From the IMG/VR virus record IMGVR_UViG_3300043449_002688, positions 64,001 through 128,000 of that record: a DNA stretch of 64,000 nucleotides. One strand, 5' to 3'. Below, one piece after another: positions 19,354 through 29,126 of this stretch (positions are counted from its first letter, which is position 1; each line of letters begins with the position of its first letter). The position numbers and the translations under genes were made by a program. A model generated the notes under the pieces. That model did no database searches and had not been told where the DNA came from. It was given only the letters and a program-made list of their open reading frames with translations. This DNA comes from a virus.

Positions 19354-19722
19354 ATGAAAAAGAAACTGTCTCTAAAACATAAATGTCAAAAATTGGTTCT
19401 TGCACTTAAAGCAAAAGTTTACCAATGGACAGGGCTTTATCTAGCCCAAGAAGAAGAAAGACGAATGCTTCGTAGCTCATTTTTTTGGAAACAATTTAAT
19501 TCATTTCCTCCTAAAAATAATTTGACAGATAAAGAAAAACAAGATTTTGTAGTTGCTGTTTGGAAAGCCCACAGAGGATTCCATCAACTAAGCAAGCTTT
19601 ATGTTTTAGAAATCTTGGTACGAGCAAAAGCTAAGAAGCTTACCAAAAATGTTAATCATAAGCTTAGTAAACTTGTGCGTAAGGTTAGTAAATTGGTCAA
19701 GCAATTGGTGAGGAAAAAGTGA
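19354..19722 (+). CDS. hypothetical basic protein
   Basis: AGGAG RBS, ATG. Confidence 0.6.
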   Translation: MKKKLSLKHKCQKLVLALKAKVYQWTGLYLAQEEERRMLRSSFFWKQFNSFPPKNNLTDKEKQDFVVAVWKAHRGFHQLSKLYVLEILVRAKAKKLTKNVNHKLSKLVRKVSKLVKQLVRKK

Positions 19723-19943
19723 AAAATAAAGTTCGGCCATTTGGTCATGTATTGCTTGATCTAGAAAAAATTATGCTTGAAATGACGGATCAGCATGACC
19801 TTCAATGGGGCGATATTTTAAATTTAGTTCGAGGATATTTAGAAGTTCATTGTCCGGAAGCTAGAGAAGAATATACTGCTGGTGGACATCCTGAATTTTA
19901 TTATGGGCCAGCTAAAAATGAGGTAAAAAATGACGTTGAATAA
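19719..19943 (+). CDS. hypothetical protein
   Basis: GTGA overlap with the previous gene. Confidence 0.6.
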   Translation: MKNKVRPFGHVLLDLEKIMLEMTDQHDLQWGDILNLVRGYLEVHCPEAREEYTAGGHPEFYYGPAKNEVKNDVE

Positions 19944-20133
19944 AGCTAGAGCTATTTTTATTGGTTCAGTATTTACTGGCCTAATTTTAGGTGGAGTGTT
20001 AAGTAATTGGAGTTCTACCTACGCTTACGCTTACTTCTTTGGCGTTTTAAGCGGCACAGGTGGAAGTTTAGCTTATTTAATTTACATCATGGAAATGATG
20101 GATTCTAAAAGAAAATCATTAAATACAAAATAA
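19930..20133 (+). CDS. two-TM membrane protein
   Basis: Two hydrophobic helices; GAGG RBS; 14-nt overlap with previous gene. Confidence 0.6.
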   Translation: MTLNKARAIFIGSVFTGLILGGVLSNWSSTYAYAYFFGVLSGTGGSLAYLIYIMEMMDSKRKSLNTK

Positions 20134-20135
20134 AG

Positions 20136-20180
20136 AAAACAAAACCCCAAAATCGTCCTGAAATTGGGGTTTTTGTTTTT
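20136..20180. terminator. bidirectional intrinsic terminator
   Basis: AAAACAAAACCCCAA / TTGGGGTTTTTGTTTT between convergent genes. Confidence 0.8.
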
Positions 20181-23100
20181 AAGATGGAGAGCCTATTGCT
20201 TGCCAGTCCATACCAATAGCCCATTCAACTGATGCGCTTGGTGCTCCGTAGACAGCTAAGACAACATTTGTGCCTTGGATACCAAAAGCTGCGGCGTAAT
20301 TATATCCATCGCCAGTGCAACCATTGATAACAGAAACCGGAGAACCTGCGGCATAAACAACTCCTCCAGTCATATAGAACGTCCCTTCCAGGACAAAACT
20401 AGATACTCCTAAAGTGCCATCACTGCGACGAGCAACAGCATTTATGCGAATTCGATAAGCTTGACCTTCTGCTAATGCAATAGCAGATCCAGTAATTATT
20501 GTGGCAGAATCGCCAATTACTGTCTGCGCAGCAGTAGCTCTTTTCCAAGCTGAATTTGGATAAGAAGAATGAGATTTAACGGCATCAAGACCAGACCAAA
20601 CTTCTTTTGGTTTATTAGTTTCTTTACCTATAACAAAGCCTTGGTCAGTCGAACCTTCATTGAAAATTCCGCCAATGCCGCTGCTACCATTAATTTCTAA
20701 AGAACCTCTAATAATCTCGGCAGTTTCACCTGTGCTTGCATTTGCAGCAGTAATTTGAACAGGTCTATTAGGTGAATTTAATATAGTAGCGCCAACATTG
20801 TAAGCTGATTGTAATGAAGCATCGCCTGCTTTTGCTGCAACTGCTGAACCGTAGCTAGATTGAACCCTAAACCTCATTCGAGTATTAGGCGGAAGAGTTC
20901 TAATTAATTTAATTTTAGCTTTTGGTCCACCAAAAGTTTCTCGATAATCAATTCCGGCATGTCTAATGCCATCGTTAACTATTACTAGAAGCTCTTCGCC
21001 CATAAGCTCAATTTCGCCGCTTTGCTTGTACGTAGAATGAGTAGGCCAAACTACATAGCCAGCGCCAAACACTTGAGTTCTTTTGTTCGGAGGCAAGACG
21101 AGTTCGGTGCCTGTAGTTGTACCGTTTCCACCAGGAATTTCTGGCGAAGAAACAGAGCTAACCGAACGAGACACTCCGCCAACAATTGCCCCTTGATAAA
21201 CGGTATCGCTAACTGCAAAAGTACCAAATATTATATGAATAATCGCTGAGTTAGACCCAAAATCTCCCCCAGGCATTTGTTCACTGCTTTCAGCAAAAAG
21301 ATCATTAGTATTATTAGTTCCATGTAAAACCCAAGCAAGAGCAGTAGGATTATTAATGTCAGTGCCTTTCCAAATATACTCGCCTGATTTAATTACTCCA
21401 GTTCCATTAAATGTTATTTGCTGCAAATAAACATTTTCATCATAAATAGGTCGGTTAAGCACAGTATCAACATAACCGACTTGACGATCTTCTTTTCTTA
21501 AAGCAAGGGTTAAATTATCTTGATCTTCAATAAATCTATTAACTCTTTCATAAGTTATAGAACTTCCAATATAAACGCCAACGCCAATAGGCTCGTTTAC
21601 AATTACAGTTCTAGTAGAAAGAACAGATTTGACCGTATAATAAACAAGATTTTCATCAATTAAAATATCATTTACTTGGAATCCTTTTTCTGGACCATCA
21701 GTAACGGTAATCATTCTAGTTTGAGAATGCAAAAAACTTACTGTTAACTCTTTTACAAATGCAGTTTCGCCGCTACCGCTTGTTGAATAATTTGGGACAG
21801 TAGATCCTTCATTAGCGGCACCAATGTAAGTTAAAATATTACTGTTAACCGTATCGCTAATTTGCCTTACTTCACCAGCTTCAATTTCTAGCCCTCTAAA
21901 ATATACTTTAGATTTATTTTGACTATCTCTACGAACAGCAATCCAATAAACATCTGCTGTTACATCTACCAAACTATGTTTTTTGACATAAAGCTTATCA
22001 TAAATGCCTTTGCAGTAAACTATTGGCCCAGACTTGGCAGGTCGAATAATATCATTAGGCGCTTGGCCATTTTCAAGCTCTAAAACTACCTGTGAAGTAG
22101 TAATGGTTTTAATGCGAAGCCATTTGCTTTCATCTTCATCTTGCCATTTAATCCAATCTCCAGGCTCTAACAAAACCTCATTCTTATCTGTCAAAGCAGT
22201 TGGTGTAGAGAAAATTTGGCCGCCGACAGTTGAATAAACAGCTCCGTTTGAGGCTAAAATATTTCTTTCAAGTTTAGCAAAAAGGACTTCACCATCTTGA
22301 AGATAAGCAGTACCTGTAGTATTAACATTAAAGCGATCTGCTAAAGGACTAACGTCAGGGTCTTCATTTATGCTAACCATTGTTGCAGATTGCGGAATAA
22401 CAAATCCAATTTCTCCAATAATTCCTTTAATTAGAATATCGCCTGTCCATTCAACCGGACCAGAATATGGATTATCTAAAAATCTAGAATATACCTGATT
22501 AATTCCTGTAGGGTTTTCGTAATCAGGTATAGGACCACCAAAGGCAGTGTTTACATCGCCCGCAGTTAATTTATAAATTTTATTTGTTAATGCTACAACA
22601 GTAACATTATCATAAGTTCTTATTAAAGGAGAAAGAGACGAGTTTCCATAAATTGTAATAACTTGTCCTTGTCCATTAATAACATTATGCTCAGTAAATG
22701 TTTCTATAATAACTTCTTTTAAAGTATGATCATAGGTAATTTCTTTAACCAAAACTGGATCTAAAACAGTTGCTGTAGCAATTATAGCATCAAAAGATAA
22801 AGAGCCAGATGCAGGATCTAAAGGCGGTAAAGTATCAGGACCAAGAACGTAAGTAAAATCTCCACCACCGATAATCAAACCTTTTACGTTTTCTGCATTA
22901 TAATCTGTTTGATTTGCACCAGAAACAGAAACAACCGTTTCAAATAAAATAGGCTCAATGCTTGCAGAATTTAAATTAATTACTAGGGGAGCATTGTTAG
23001 CAAGAGTTACAACAATTTCTCTTTGAGAAGTTATAAGATCAATCGTAAACATGCCGTTGAGTTCGTCTTCGGTAACTCCAGTTGCAGACAAGCCTTTTAT

Positions 23101-24930
23101 CATTACCATTTCGCTAAATGTAGCAGCAAGGCTTCCGTTTTGGGCTGGGTTACTTGAAATTTCAATTTCAGTAGTAGAGTTTATTTGAACTACAATTGCA
23201 TCAATATCAGCATTTTTAATCTTCATGCCAACTTTTAAAGTTGAAGTATCAGAAACAGTTACTACCCGACTGCTGGAAGTATAAGTTACAGCTAAGCTTT
23301 GAGGAGCAACAAAAACATGTTCTTTTGCTTCGATTTTTAATTGATTAGAAGAATATGGAACACAACTGCTAATAACGTAAAACGGAGAATGAGGCTCTCT
23401 TAAAGAACCGTCAAGACTTGCCGCAGCGCTTGTTGCAGAAGTTGTACCGCTAAGATAAAGTCCAGTAGCGAAAGTAAATTGTGTAATAACGCCGCCAACT
23501 TTAGCAACGCTAAGAACTTGATGAACGCCATTTGGAGCTTTTGAACCTGTAATAGCAAGGCCAGTTACTTCTACCCAATCCCCAACTTTATAAGGATGAG
23601 CAGTGCTTGTTGTTACAGTTACTAAACTGTAGAGATTAGTAGTTGCAGTAGATTTTATATCAAAAGTCCAAGAAGAAATAATTGTGCTATTTGAGCTGCT
23701 AAATGCTTTTCTTGAAAGTATTCCATATTTGTTTGGACTAAAATCAAAATTATCTAAAGTCCAATCGACCGCTAAAGGCTGATATACTCGTCTTACTTGA
23801 AGAGTTTCAGGATGAATAAAAGCAGCAGAAGTAAGGGAATTGATAACTAATTGAGAGTTATTATATGAAACAAGAGTAGCTTTAGTTCCAGAAGTTAATC
23901 CTTTAACATAAAGCTCACCAATTCTAATACTAGGATCAGCAACAACTGATTGGAATTTACCAGTGCTAGGAACGCTAGTTTCTAATATAAGGTTATAAGA
24001 AATTTCTCCAGCGCCAGTAAATACTGAGCCAGCAGTATCCCACCAAGTATTAAAACTATTTGGAGCATTTCCAGTAAACTTAGAATTTACATACCAGTAA
24101 TCTGAGCCATCAATTTCTTTAAATCGGCTCATTACTGCGTCCATCCATTGCTTAAAATTAGTGATAGCAAAATCACCATAATTAAACGCATCAGGAGATG
24201 CAGACATTCCAACTGTTAAAGGATTTGAATTAAGTGTACCATCAGTATTAACCCACTCTCTTCTTGGATTAATACCGTTTTGCGTATTATTATAGTTACC
24301 CCAATTAAAAGTATTTTGAGGATTAGGGTTAGAACCTCCGCTGCCTAAACGGAATAAAGAAGGGACAGCTTTTGTAGCCCATTCAAATTGATTTGCTCCG
24401 TTGATTTTAACAGTATAAAGAGGTAAGTTAGTTCCAAAACCATTTGAAGTAATTACAAAACGATAATCTAAAATTTTACCAATTGGTACTGATCTTTGAA
24501 ACTCTAATCCTTGCGAAGGAGACCAACCTGCTGTTTGATCTACTGTTGCGGTATCGGTAATGCGACGATAATCAAGGGCAACGTAGTTTACTACTCCAGG
24601 CTGAAAAGAACCGATAACTTTAGAGTTTGTTGCAGCATTTAAAACTTCTGAAGATAATCCTGGAGGGGTAATTAAGATAGTTCCTGATTCAGTAGCAGAA
24701 GAATGTAAAACAACTGAATCAGCTACCTTAATACTAATATTTTGAGCAGTAGTAACAACTTGAGGAATTATTAAATCAAACCCTCTAACTAGATAAGGTT
24801 GATTAATTCCAGTAAAAAGTCCTCTTAATAAAGAGTCAAAATCATATGAAGTTGCTGACTCAATTGATCTTAAATGGGGAATATCAAATCGCATTCCTGA
24901 ATAAGCGTTTAACCGTCTACCTACTGCCAT
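20179..24930 (-). CDS. large virion structural protein (baseplate periphery / fibre attachment)
   Basis: 1583 aa, beta-rich, VTT..AH...GD modules; late-promoter motif upstream. Confidence 0.65.
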   Translation of the reverse strand: MAVGRRLNAYSGMRFDIPHLRSIESATSYDFDSLLRGLFTGINQPYLVRGFDLIIPQVVTTAQNISIKVADSVVLHSSATESGTILITPPGLSSEVLNAATNSKVIGSFQPGVVNYVALDYRRITDTATVDQTAGWSPSQGLEFQRSVPIGKILDYRFVITSNGFGTNLPLYTVKINGANQFEWATKAVPSLFRLGSGGSNPNPQNTFNWGNYNNTQNGINPRREWVNTDGTLNSNPLTVGMSASPDAFNYGDFAITNFKQWMDAVMSRFKEIDGSDYWYVNSKFTGNAPNSFNTWWDTAGSVFTGAGEISYNLILETSVPSTGKFQSVVADPSIRIGELYVKGLTSGTKATLVSYNNSQLVINSLTSAAFIHPETLQVRRVYQPLAVDWTLDNFDFSPNKYGILSRKAFSSSNSTIISSWTFDIKSTATTNLYSLVTVTTSTAHPYKVGDWVEVTGLAITGSKAPNGVHQVLSVAKVGGVITQFTFATGLYLSGTTSATSAAASLDGSLREPHSPFYVISSCVPYSSNQLKIEAKEHVFVAPQSLAVTYTSSSRVVTVSDTSTLKVGMKIKNADIDAIVVQINSTTEIEISSNPAQNGSLAATFSEMVMIKGLSATGVTEDELNGMFTIDLITSQREIVVTLANNAPLVINLNSASIEPILFETVVSVSGANQTDYNAENVKGLIIGGGDFTYVLGPDTLPPLDPASGSLSFDAIIATATVLDPVLVKEITYDHTLKEVIIETFTEHNVINGQGQVITIYGNSSLSPLIRTYDNVTVVALTNKIYKLTAGDVNTAFGGPIPDYENPTGINQVYSRFLDNPYSGPVEWTGDILIKGIIGEIGFVIPQSATMVSINEDPDVSPLADRFNVNTTGTAYLQDGEVLFAKLERNILASNGAVYSTVGGQIFSTPTALTDKNEVLLEPGDWIKWQDEDESKWLRIKTITTSQVVLELENGQAPNDIIRPAKSGPIVYCKGIYDKLYVKKHSLVDVTADVYWIAVRRDSQNKSKVYFRGLEIEAGEVRQISDTVNSNILTYIGAANEGSTVPNYSTSGSGETAFVKELTVSFLHSQTRMITVTDGPEKGFQVNDILIDENLVYYTVKSVLSTRTVIVNEPIGVGVYIGSSITYERVNRFIEDQDNLTLALRKEDRQVGYVDTVLNRPIYDENVYLQQITFNGTGVIKSGEYIWKGTDINNPTALAWVLHGTNNTNDLFAESSEQMPGGDFGSNSAIIHIIFGTFAVSDTVYQGAIVGGVSRSVSSVSSPEIPGGNGTTTGTELVLPPNKRTQVFGAGYVVWPTHSTYKQSGEIELMGEELLVIVNDGIRHAGIDYRETFGGPKAKIKLIRTLPPNTRMRFRVQSSYGSAVAAKAGDASLQSAYNVGATILNSPNRPVQITAANASTGETAEIIRGSLEINGSSGIGGIFNEGSTDQGFVIGKETNKPKEVWSGLDAVKSHSSYPNSAWKRATAAQTVIGDSATIITGSAIALAEGQAYRIRINAVARRSDGTLGVSSFVLEGTFYMTGGVVYAAGSPVSVINGCTGDGYNYAAAFGIQGTNVVLAVYGAPSASVEWAIGMDWQAIGSPS

Positions 24931-24957
24931 AACATCTCCAATTTATTGAATATCTTA

Positions 24958-24970
24958 AAGATTAGGGTTA
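24958..24970 (-). promoter_or_regulatory. putative late promoter motif
   Basis: TAACCCTAATCTT about 28 nt upstream of ATG. Confidence 0.7.
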
Positions 24971-25426
24971 TTATATTGTTAATCCAGGAGTAACTAAAAT
25001 TCCATCAAAATTAAGATTTACTTGAACTATACCTTTTGCCGCAATATTTAAGCTGTACGATCCAACTTTACAATATTCGCAAGAAACTACCAAATTTGAA
25101 GTATCTCTATCGTAAATATCAAAAGCTAAATATTTAGACGCGGCCATTAAATTTTCTCCAGCCCCACCTTGTCTCATAGGGACCAAACCTAATGATTCAG
25201 GAGTTGTTCCTTTAGGCAAATATATAGTTAAATTGCCTCGAACCTGCGAAGGTCCGGCAGATTGGGCTATTTCTGCAGGCAACGGACTATCTACTGTATA
25301 AATAGCTTTTTGTCCTTGAGTAACAGTATAAGAAAAAGAAGAAGCATACCCGATAACTTTGCTGTTCCCATCTTCATACCTAACTTTAAGTAAAAGACTT
25401 GCTGCTGTATGCAATAAAGATTTCAT
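24971..25426 (-). CDS. tail-tube-fold baseplate protein (putative)
   Basis: IGYASSFSYTV...IYTVDS.LP.EI......V.G.L pattern resembling tube proteins; baseplate context. Confidence 0.5.
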   Translation of the reverse strand: MKSLLHTAASLLLKVRYEDGNSKVIGYASSFSYTVTQGQKAIYTVDSPLPAEIAQSAGPSQVRGNLTIYLPKGTTPESLGLVPMRQGGAGENLMAASKYLAFDIYDRDTSNLVVSCEYCKVGSYSLNIAAKGIVQVNLNFDGILVTPGLTI

Positions 25427-25666
25427 TTATGTATTTCCTGTAATATTTGCAAAATAAAAAACTTTAAAATCTTTTATGCCATATTTTTTAGCAGAATAAT
25501 TAATCATTTTCATTTTAGTTAAAAACCTTAAATGGATGCTGCTGGTCTCTTTTTGTTTCCAACTTTTATCTTCTACTAAATAAATATCTTGAAGAACTTC
25601 TAAATAATCATATAAAGTTTTTTCAACCATTAAATTGGCTTGAATTTGCATTTCTTTAGTAGACAT
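25427..25666 (-). CDS. hypothetical protein
   Basis: Tightly packed between structural genes. Confidence 0.5.
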   Translation of the reverse strand: MSTKEMQIQANLMVEKTLYDYLEVLQDIYLVEDKSWKQKETSSIHLRFLTKMKMINYSAKKYGIKDFKVFYFANITGNT

Positions 25667-27900
25667 TAGCTTTCACCCCAAATATTAACTTTATCGCTTA
25701 CTGGAGGATTATCAATATCAGAACCTAATCCCATATTGCCAAGATTTTTATCAGAAGGATAAATTATAATTATCTCTAAGCGAATCCCAACCGCAACAAT
25801 AGAGCGAATTAATTCTTCCGCAAAAATTCTACCATCTGCGGTTCCAGTTAAATATACTCCATAATCAGTCCCATCTTCTTGAGGCTGGTAAGCTTTTGAA
25901 TCGCTTAAAACAGTTACATCTGATAAAGAATCGTGACTATATTTAAAAGAATATGAAGGATCAAGAACTAAAGTTGTAAGAGCGTTTTCTATAACAGGAA
26001 TACAAGTGCCAGAAGTTTCATAAGCAGTTGCAGAAGGAAATTTTGTAAATGTAAAAACATTGGTAGAAGGAGTTCCAATAACAGTCCAACTTCCGTTGAA
26101 GTTAACGGTGTTTGAAATTAAAATATTTTCTCCGGCAATAGCGCCATGAGAGCCTATTGTGGTGACAGTAACAGTATTTCCTACTTGAGAAATAGTTGAA
26201 ATATCTACAGGCGTTAAATTAGAAATACTTTGCGCATTTAAATATGTTACTGGACCTTCTTGAGTTTCTTTATTTAAATCAAAAAGCAAATATCCTCCTT
26301 CCGAAGGAAAATTTCCTTCTGCTAAAAGAGTAGTTTTAATTTGCCCACCTATAATTTTTTCCCTAATTGTACCGTAAAAACTAGTTAAAGTATAAGGCGC
26401 TGCAGGATCTATAATATAAGGTCCAGGAAAAGGAGTATCAGGATTATCTTCCGGCATGTTAGCGACATTTACAGAAACTATTTCGTCTGAAATAATTCTA
26501 TTCCATTGATCAACAACTCCGGTTAGTCCATGCGGCTCAAGGCAAACTACAGTGGTGTACCCATTTTCTCTAAAAATATAATCAATAGGAGTTGAGTTTA
26601 AAGTTCCACCAAAACCCGCTGCATCGCTACCGTTTTGTTTATAACGAACAACTCTATCATTTACGATTTGTATTTTATTTTCAATTTCAGTTGTAGAACC
26701 CCAACTTCCATTAAATTCACCTTTACCGTACAAAAAATGTAAATGGGAAGCTCCAATCAAAGCTCGCTTAACAACTTTAGTTGTTGCTGGCATATAAACT
26801 TTTAATAATTTTGAGGTAGGTTCCCAAGCTAATGCATATCTGGCCTGAGAATAAGGAGTATTTTTTCTTGGTAAAAAGAATTTTAAATCATCAAAACTGC
26901 TTTGAGTTACTCTAAATCTATAATCGTTTGATTCAGGAGGGTCTATATCGGGAGCTGAAGATTTCAGCGCAGTAAAATCTGGTATTTCTATCTCAAAATA
27001 TCCTGCATTACTGGCTACTGTACTTAAAGGTGGAAATCCTGATGTAGAAGGTGGAGCAATTTTTGTAACTTCAAAAGTCCCTTCAATGCCATAGCTTTGA
27101 AAACCTTGGCCATAAATCATAACATTATCGCCAACAAAAGCTTGATCTAACTTAGGTTTTGGTCCAGATATCCAACGAAATCTATAAGTCGAACCTACGT
27201 TTCGAGTAATTTCCCAAACTGTAGTATTGCCTTCTTCTAAAAAAGTATCTCTTATGATAGGGAATTCTAATTGATTTTGAATTCTGCCGCCAAGAATTTG
27301 TATATAAGAATATGGGCCTTTGGCTCCGCCATAAATGCGAACATATTCTAATCCTGATTCTGGGTCAATAATAACTTCTGCGTACCCATTTAACCCAAAG
27401 CTTCTGATAAAGTTAGTAATAACATTTGCCAATTCTGGGGCAGTTGCCTGTTGAATGTTTTCAAATTCTGCTTCAGAAATAACTAATGTGAGGATTTGAT
27501 CATTTTCTAATGCAAAAGTTAAATCATCTCCATCAGCTAATTGATATGGACCTGCAATACTAGAAGTGCAATGCGCTCTAACGGCTTCATCTCCGTAAAA
27601 AGTGCTTAAAATTGCATGAATTGATTCGGTAATTTGTTTTTGGGCGTTTACTTGTATGCCCATTTGCTTAAAGGCTAGATCTTCCATCCCAAGCTCTGGT
27701 GGTCTAACAATACCAAGAGCTGACATGTTTTTATCTAAATAAACGCCAGAAGAGGCAGTTATAGTTAATTGGTCGTTAACGGCAATGGAAAGCTGTTCTT
27801 GTTTTTCAGCTTCATCAGCAAGAGCGCCAAGAATAGCATCGAAATTTTCCCCTTGAATAAAGGGGCTAATAAACTGTCTAAGAAACGCCTTTTTGTCCAT
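25666..27900 (-). CDS. baseplate wedge subunit (putative)
   Basis: QLTITASSGVYLD...GIVRP..LGMED..F.. N-terminus and LIRSIVAVGIRL C-terminus typical of gpI/gp7-like wedge proteins. Confidence 0.6.
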   Translation of the reverse strand: MDKKAFLRQFISPFIQGENFDAILGALADEAEKQEQLSIAVNDQLTITASSGVYLDKNMSALGIVRPPELGMEDLAFKQMGIQVNAQKQITESIHAILSTFYGDEAVRAHCTSSIAGPYQLADGDDLTFALENDQILTLVISEAEFENIQQATAPELANVITNFIRSFGLNGYAEVIIDPESGLEYVRIYGGAKGPYSYIQILGGRIQNQLEFPIIRDTFLEEGNTTVWEITRNVGSTYRFRWISGPKPKLDQAFVGDNVMIYGQGFQSYGIEGTFEVTKIAPPSTSGFPPLSTVASNAGYFEIEIPDFTALKSSAPDIDPPESNDYRFRVTQSSFDDLKFFLPRKNTPYSQARYALAWEPTSKLLKVYMPATTKVVKRALIGASHLHFLYGKGEFNGSWGSTTEIENKIQIVNDRVVRYKQNGSDAAGFGGTLNSTPIDYIFRENGYTTVVCLEPHGLTGVVDQWNRIISDEIVSVNVANMPEDNPDTPFPGPYIIDPAAPYTLTSFYGTIREKIIGGQIKTTLLAEGNFPSEGGYLLFDLNKETQEGPVTYLNAQSISNLTPVDISTISQVGNTVTVTTIGSHGAIAGENILISNTVNFNGSWTVIGTPSTNVFTFTKFPSATAYETSGTCIPVIENALTTLVLDPSYSFKYSHDSLSDVTVLSDSKAYQPQEDGTDYGVYLTGTADGRIFAEELIRSIVAVGIRLEIIIIYPSDKNLGNMGLGSDIDNPPVSDKVNIWGES

Positions 27901-27909
27901 TATTTCAAT

Positions 27910-27918
27910 AAGATTAGG
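27910..27918 (-). promoter_or_regulatory. putative late promoter motif
   Basis: CCTAATCTT only 9 nt upstream of ATG 27900. Confidence 0.6.
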
Positions 27919-27921
27919 CTA

Positions 27922-28143
27922 TTAAAATCTAACCTTTGCAGCTAGTTTGGCAAAATAAACTCGTGCTTCTAAAGAGAATTTAGAGTCTACAGCAAGCAGA
28001 ATTAAAGCCTTGTCTAGGCTTAAGTTATGTTTATGCCTGTAAGCTTCAACTACAGCCCTCAAGTTCTTTTCCATTTCTAAGCCAATTTCACCGAATTTTG
28101 TTATTTTTTGCTGCTCCACTACGGGACACTGTAATTTGTTCAT
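27922..28143 (-). CDS. hypothetical protein
   Basis: ATG overlapping the stop of an upstream short ORF. Confidence 0.55.
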   Translation of the reverse strand: MNKLQCPVVEQQKITKFGEIGLEMEKNLRAVVEAYRHKHNLSLDKALILLAVDSKFSLEARVYFAKLAAKVRF

Positions 28144-28280
28144 TCTTCTTCCACCTTAATATACCCAATTTCTTCAGAAATCATAACAATTTTAAGTAAT
28201 TCCGACTCTTGCTCGACTAAAGAAGAAATAACTTCATTGCCAACTGAAGTAATTAAAAGCTCGACTTGCTCTTTAGTCAT
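28140..28280 (-). CDS. hypothetical 46-aa acidic protein (not in ORF track)
   Basis: MTKEQVELLITSVGNEV...; ATGA overlaps on both sides. Confidence 0.5.
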   Translation of the reverse strand: MTKEQVELLITSVGNEVISSLVEQESELLKIVMISEEIGYIKVEEE

Positions 28281-28513
28281 GTATTTTCCTTTGCTTGGTT
28301 TAATTTTTCTTCTAAGTCTTTAACAATTTTTCTTAATTGGACAATTTCTTCAATTAGAGCACAATATAAATGGGCGTCATTATCGACCAAATTTGTATAT
28401 CTTGTAACCGTTACTTGAAATGTGCTATCTTTAGCTAAGATAACTTCATCGAAAAAATTTGGTTTTGCAGGAACAACAAAAGTGGTTTTATTTTCTGTTT
28501 TTGGATCTTCCAC
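28277..28513 (-). CDS. hypothetical protein with C-terminal coiled coil
   Basis: GAGG RBS before GTG. Confidence 0.55.
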   Translation of the reverse strand: MEDPKTENKTTFVVPAKPNFFDEVILAKDSTFQVTVTRYTNLVDNDAHLYCALIEEIVQLRKIVKDLEEKLNQAKENT

Positions 28514-28530
28514 AATTACCTCAAAAAGTT

Positions 28531-28595
28531 AAAAACGTAGGGAACAAGTTTGTTAGAATTCCGTCTTTTTAAATTAACCTGTCCCCTACATTTTT
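28531..28595 (-). other. 20-bp RNA hairpin (ncRNA, processing site or terminator)
   Basis: Minus strand AAAAATGTAGGGGACAGGTT pairs with AACTTGTTCCCTACGTTTTT using G.U pairs. Confidence 0.6.
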
Positions 28596-28606
28596 GTTAA
28601 TTGTAA

Positions 28607-28780
28607 TTAATTTAAAAGAAAAGCCAATTTCATCATTACAGCTATAAATACTGGGGAAGTAAAGGCTATTATTGCTGATGAGACAACAAAATTTGCAATA
28701 TCTGTTTCTGGCTCAGAAATATATTCATTACCTTCTTTGTCCACAAAAATATAGTCTTCTTTGCAGTATTCTTTAAACAT
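28607..28780 (-). CDS. hypothetical 57-aa membrane peptide (not in ORF track)
   Basis: MFKEYCKEDYIFVDKEG... with hydrophobic C-terminus; AAGG RBS. Confidence 0.45.
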   Translation of the reverse strand: MFKEYCKEDYIFVDKEGNEYISEPETDIANFVVSSAIIAFTSPVFIAVMMKLAFLLN

Positions 28781-28856
28781 AAAAACCTTTCTGTTTAAAA
28801 GGTACTTATTTAGTGTAGCTTATATTTTTATAAAAACAACAAAAAATAAATAAAAG

Positions 28857-28931
28857 CGCGGCAAATAACGGTTAACGGTCCTTTTACTCTTATATGGGTT
28901 GAAGGTTCACCAAATTTTACGTTACTGCCGC
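28857..28931 (-). ncRNA. tRNA-sized structured RNA / degenerate tRNA-like element (unit C)
   Basis: Ends pair GCGGCAGTAACG / CGTTATTTGCCGC; shares leader TAATATTATTTT with unit B and trailer N-CTTT with units A and B. Confidence 0.5.
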
Positions 28932-28951
28932 AAAAATAATATTAACAAAAG

Positions 28952-29107
28952 TGTGGTAGGCAGGGCGCGATTCCTGCTCTAATCGTCATTAGTCAACCGC
29001 ATCGGAACGTCTCCGAGTCTAGGTTAGCGTGTCTCCAGTGGCGGTTCAATTTATTGTTTATAACTGGCTGCCGCCCCAGTCACCACAGCTTTCCACGCCG
29101 CTACCAC
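28952..29107 (-). ncRNA. expanded tRNA-like ncRNA (unit B, about 156 nt)
   Basis: Acceptor GTGGTAG/CTACCAC, D-like stem GCGTG/CACGC, T-like arm GCAGG-AATCGCGC-CCTGC. Confidence 0.75.
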
Positions 29108-29126
29108 AAAATAATATTAGCTAAAG

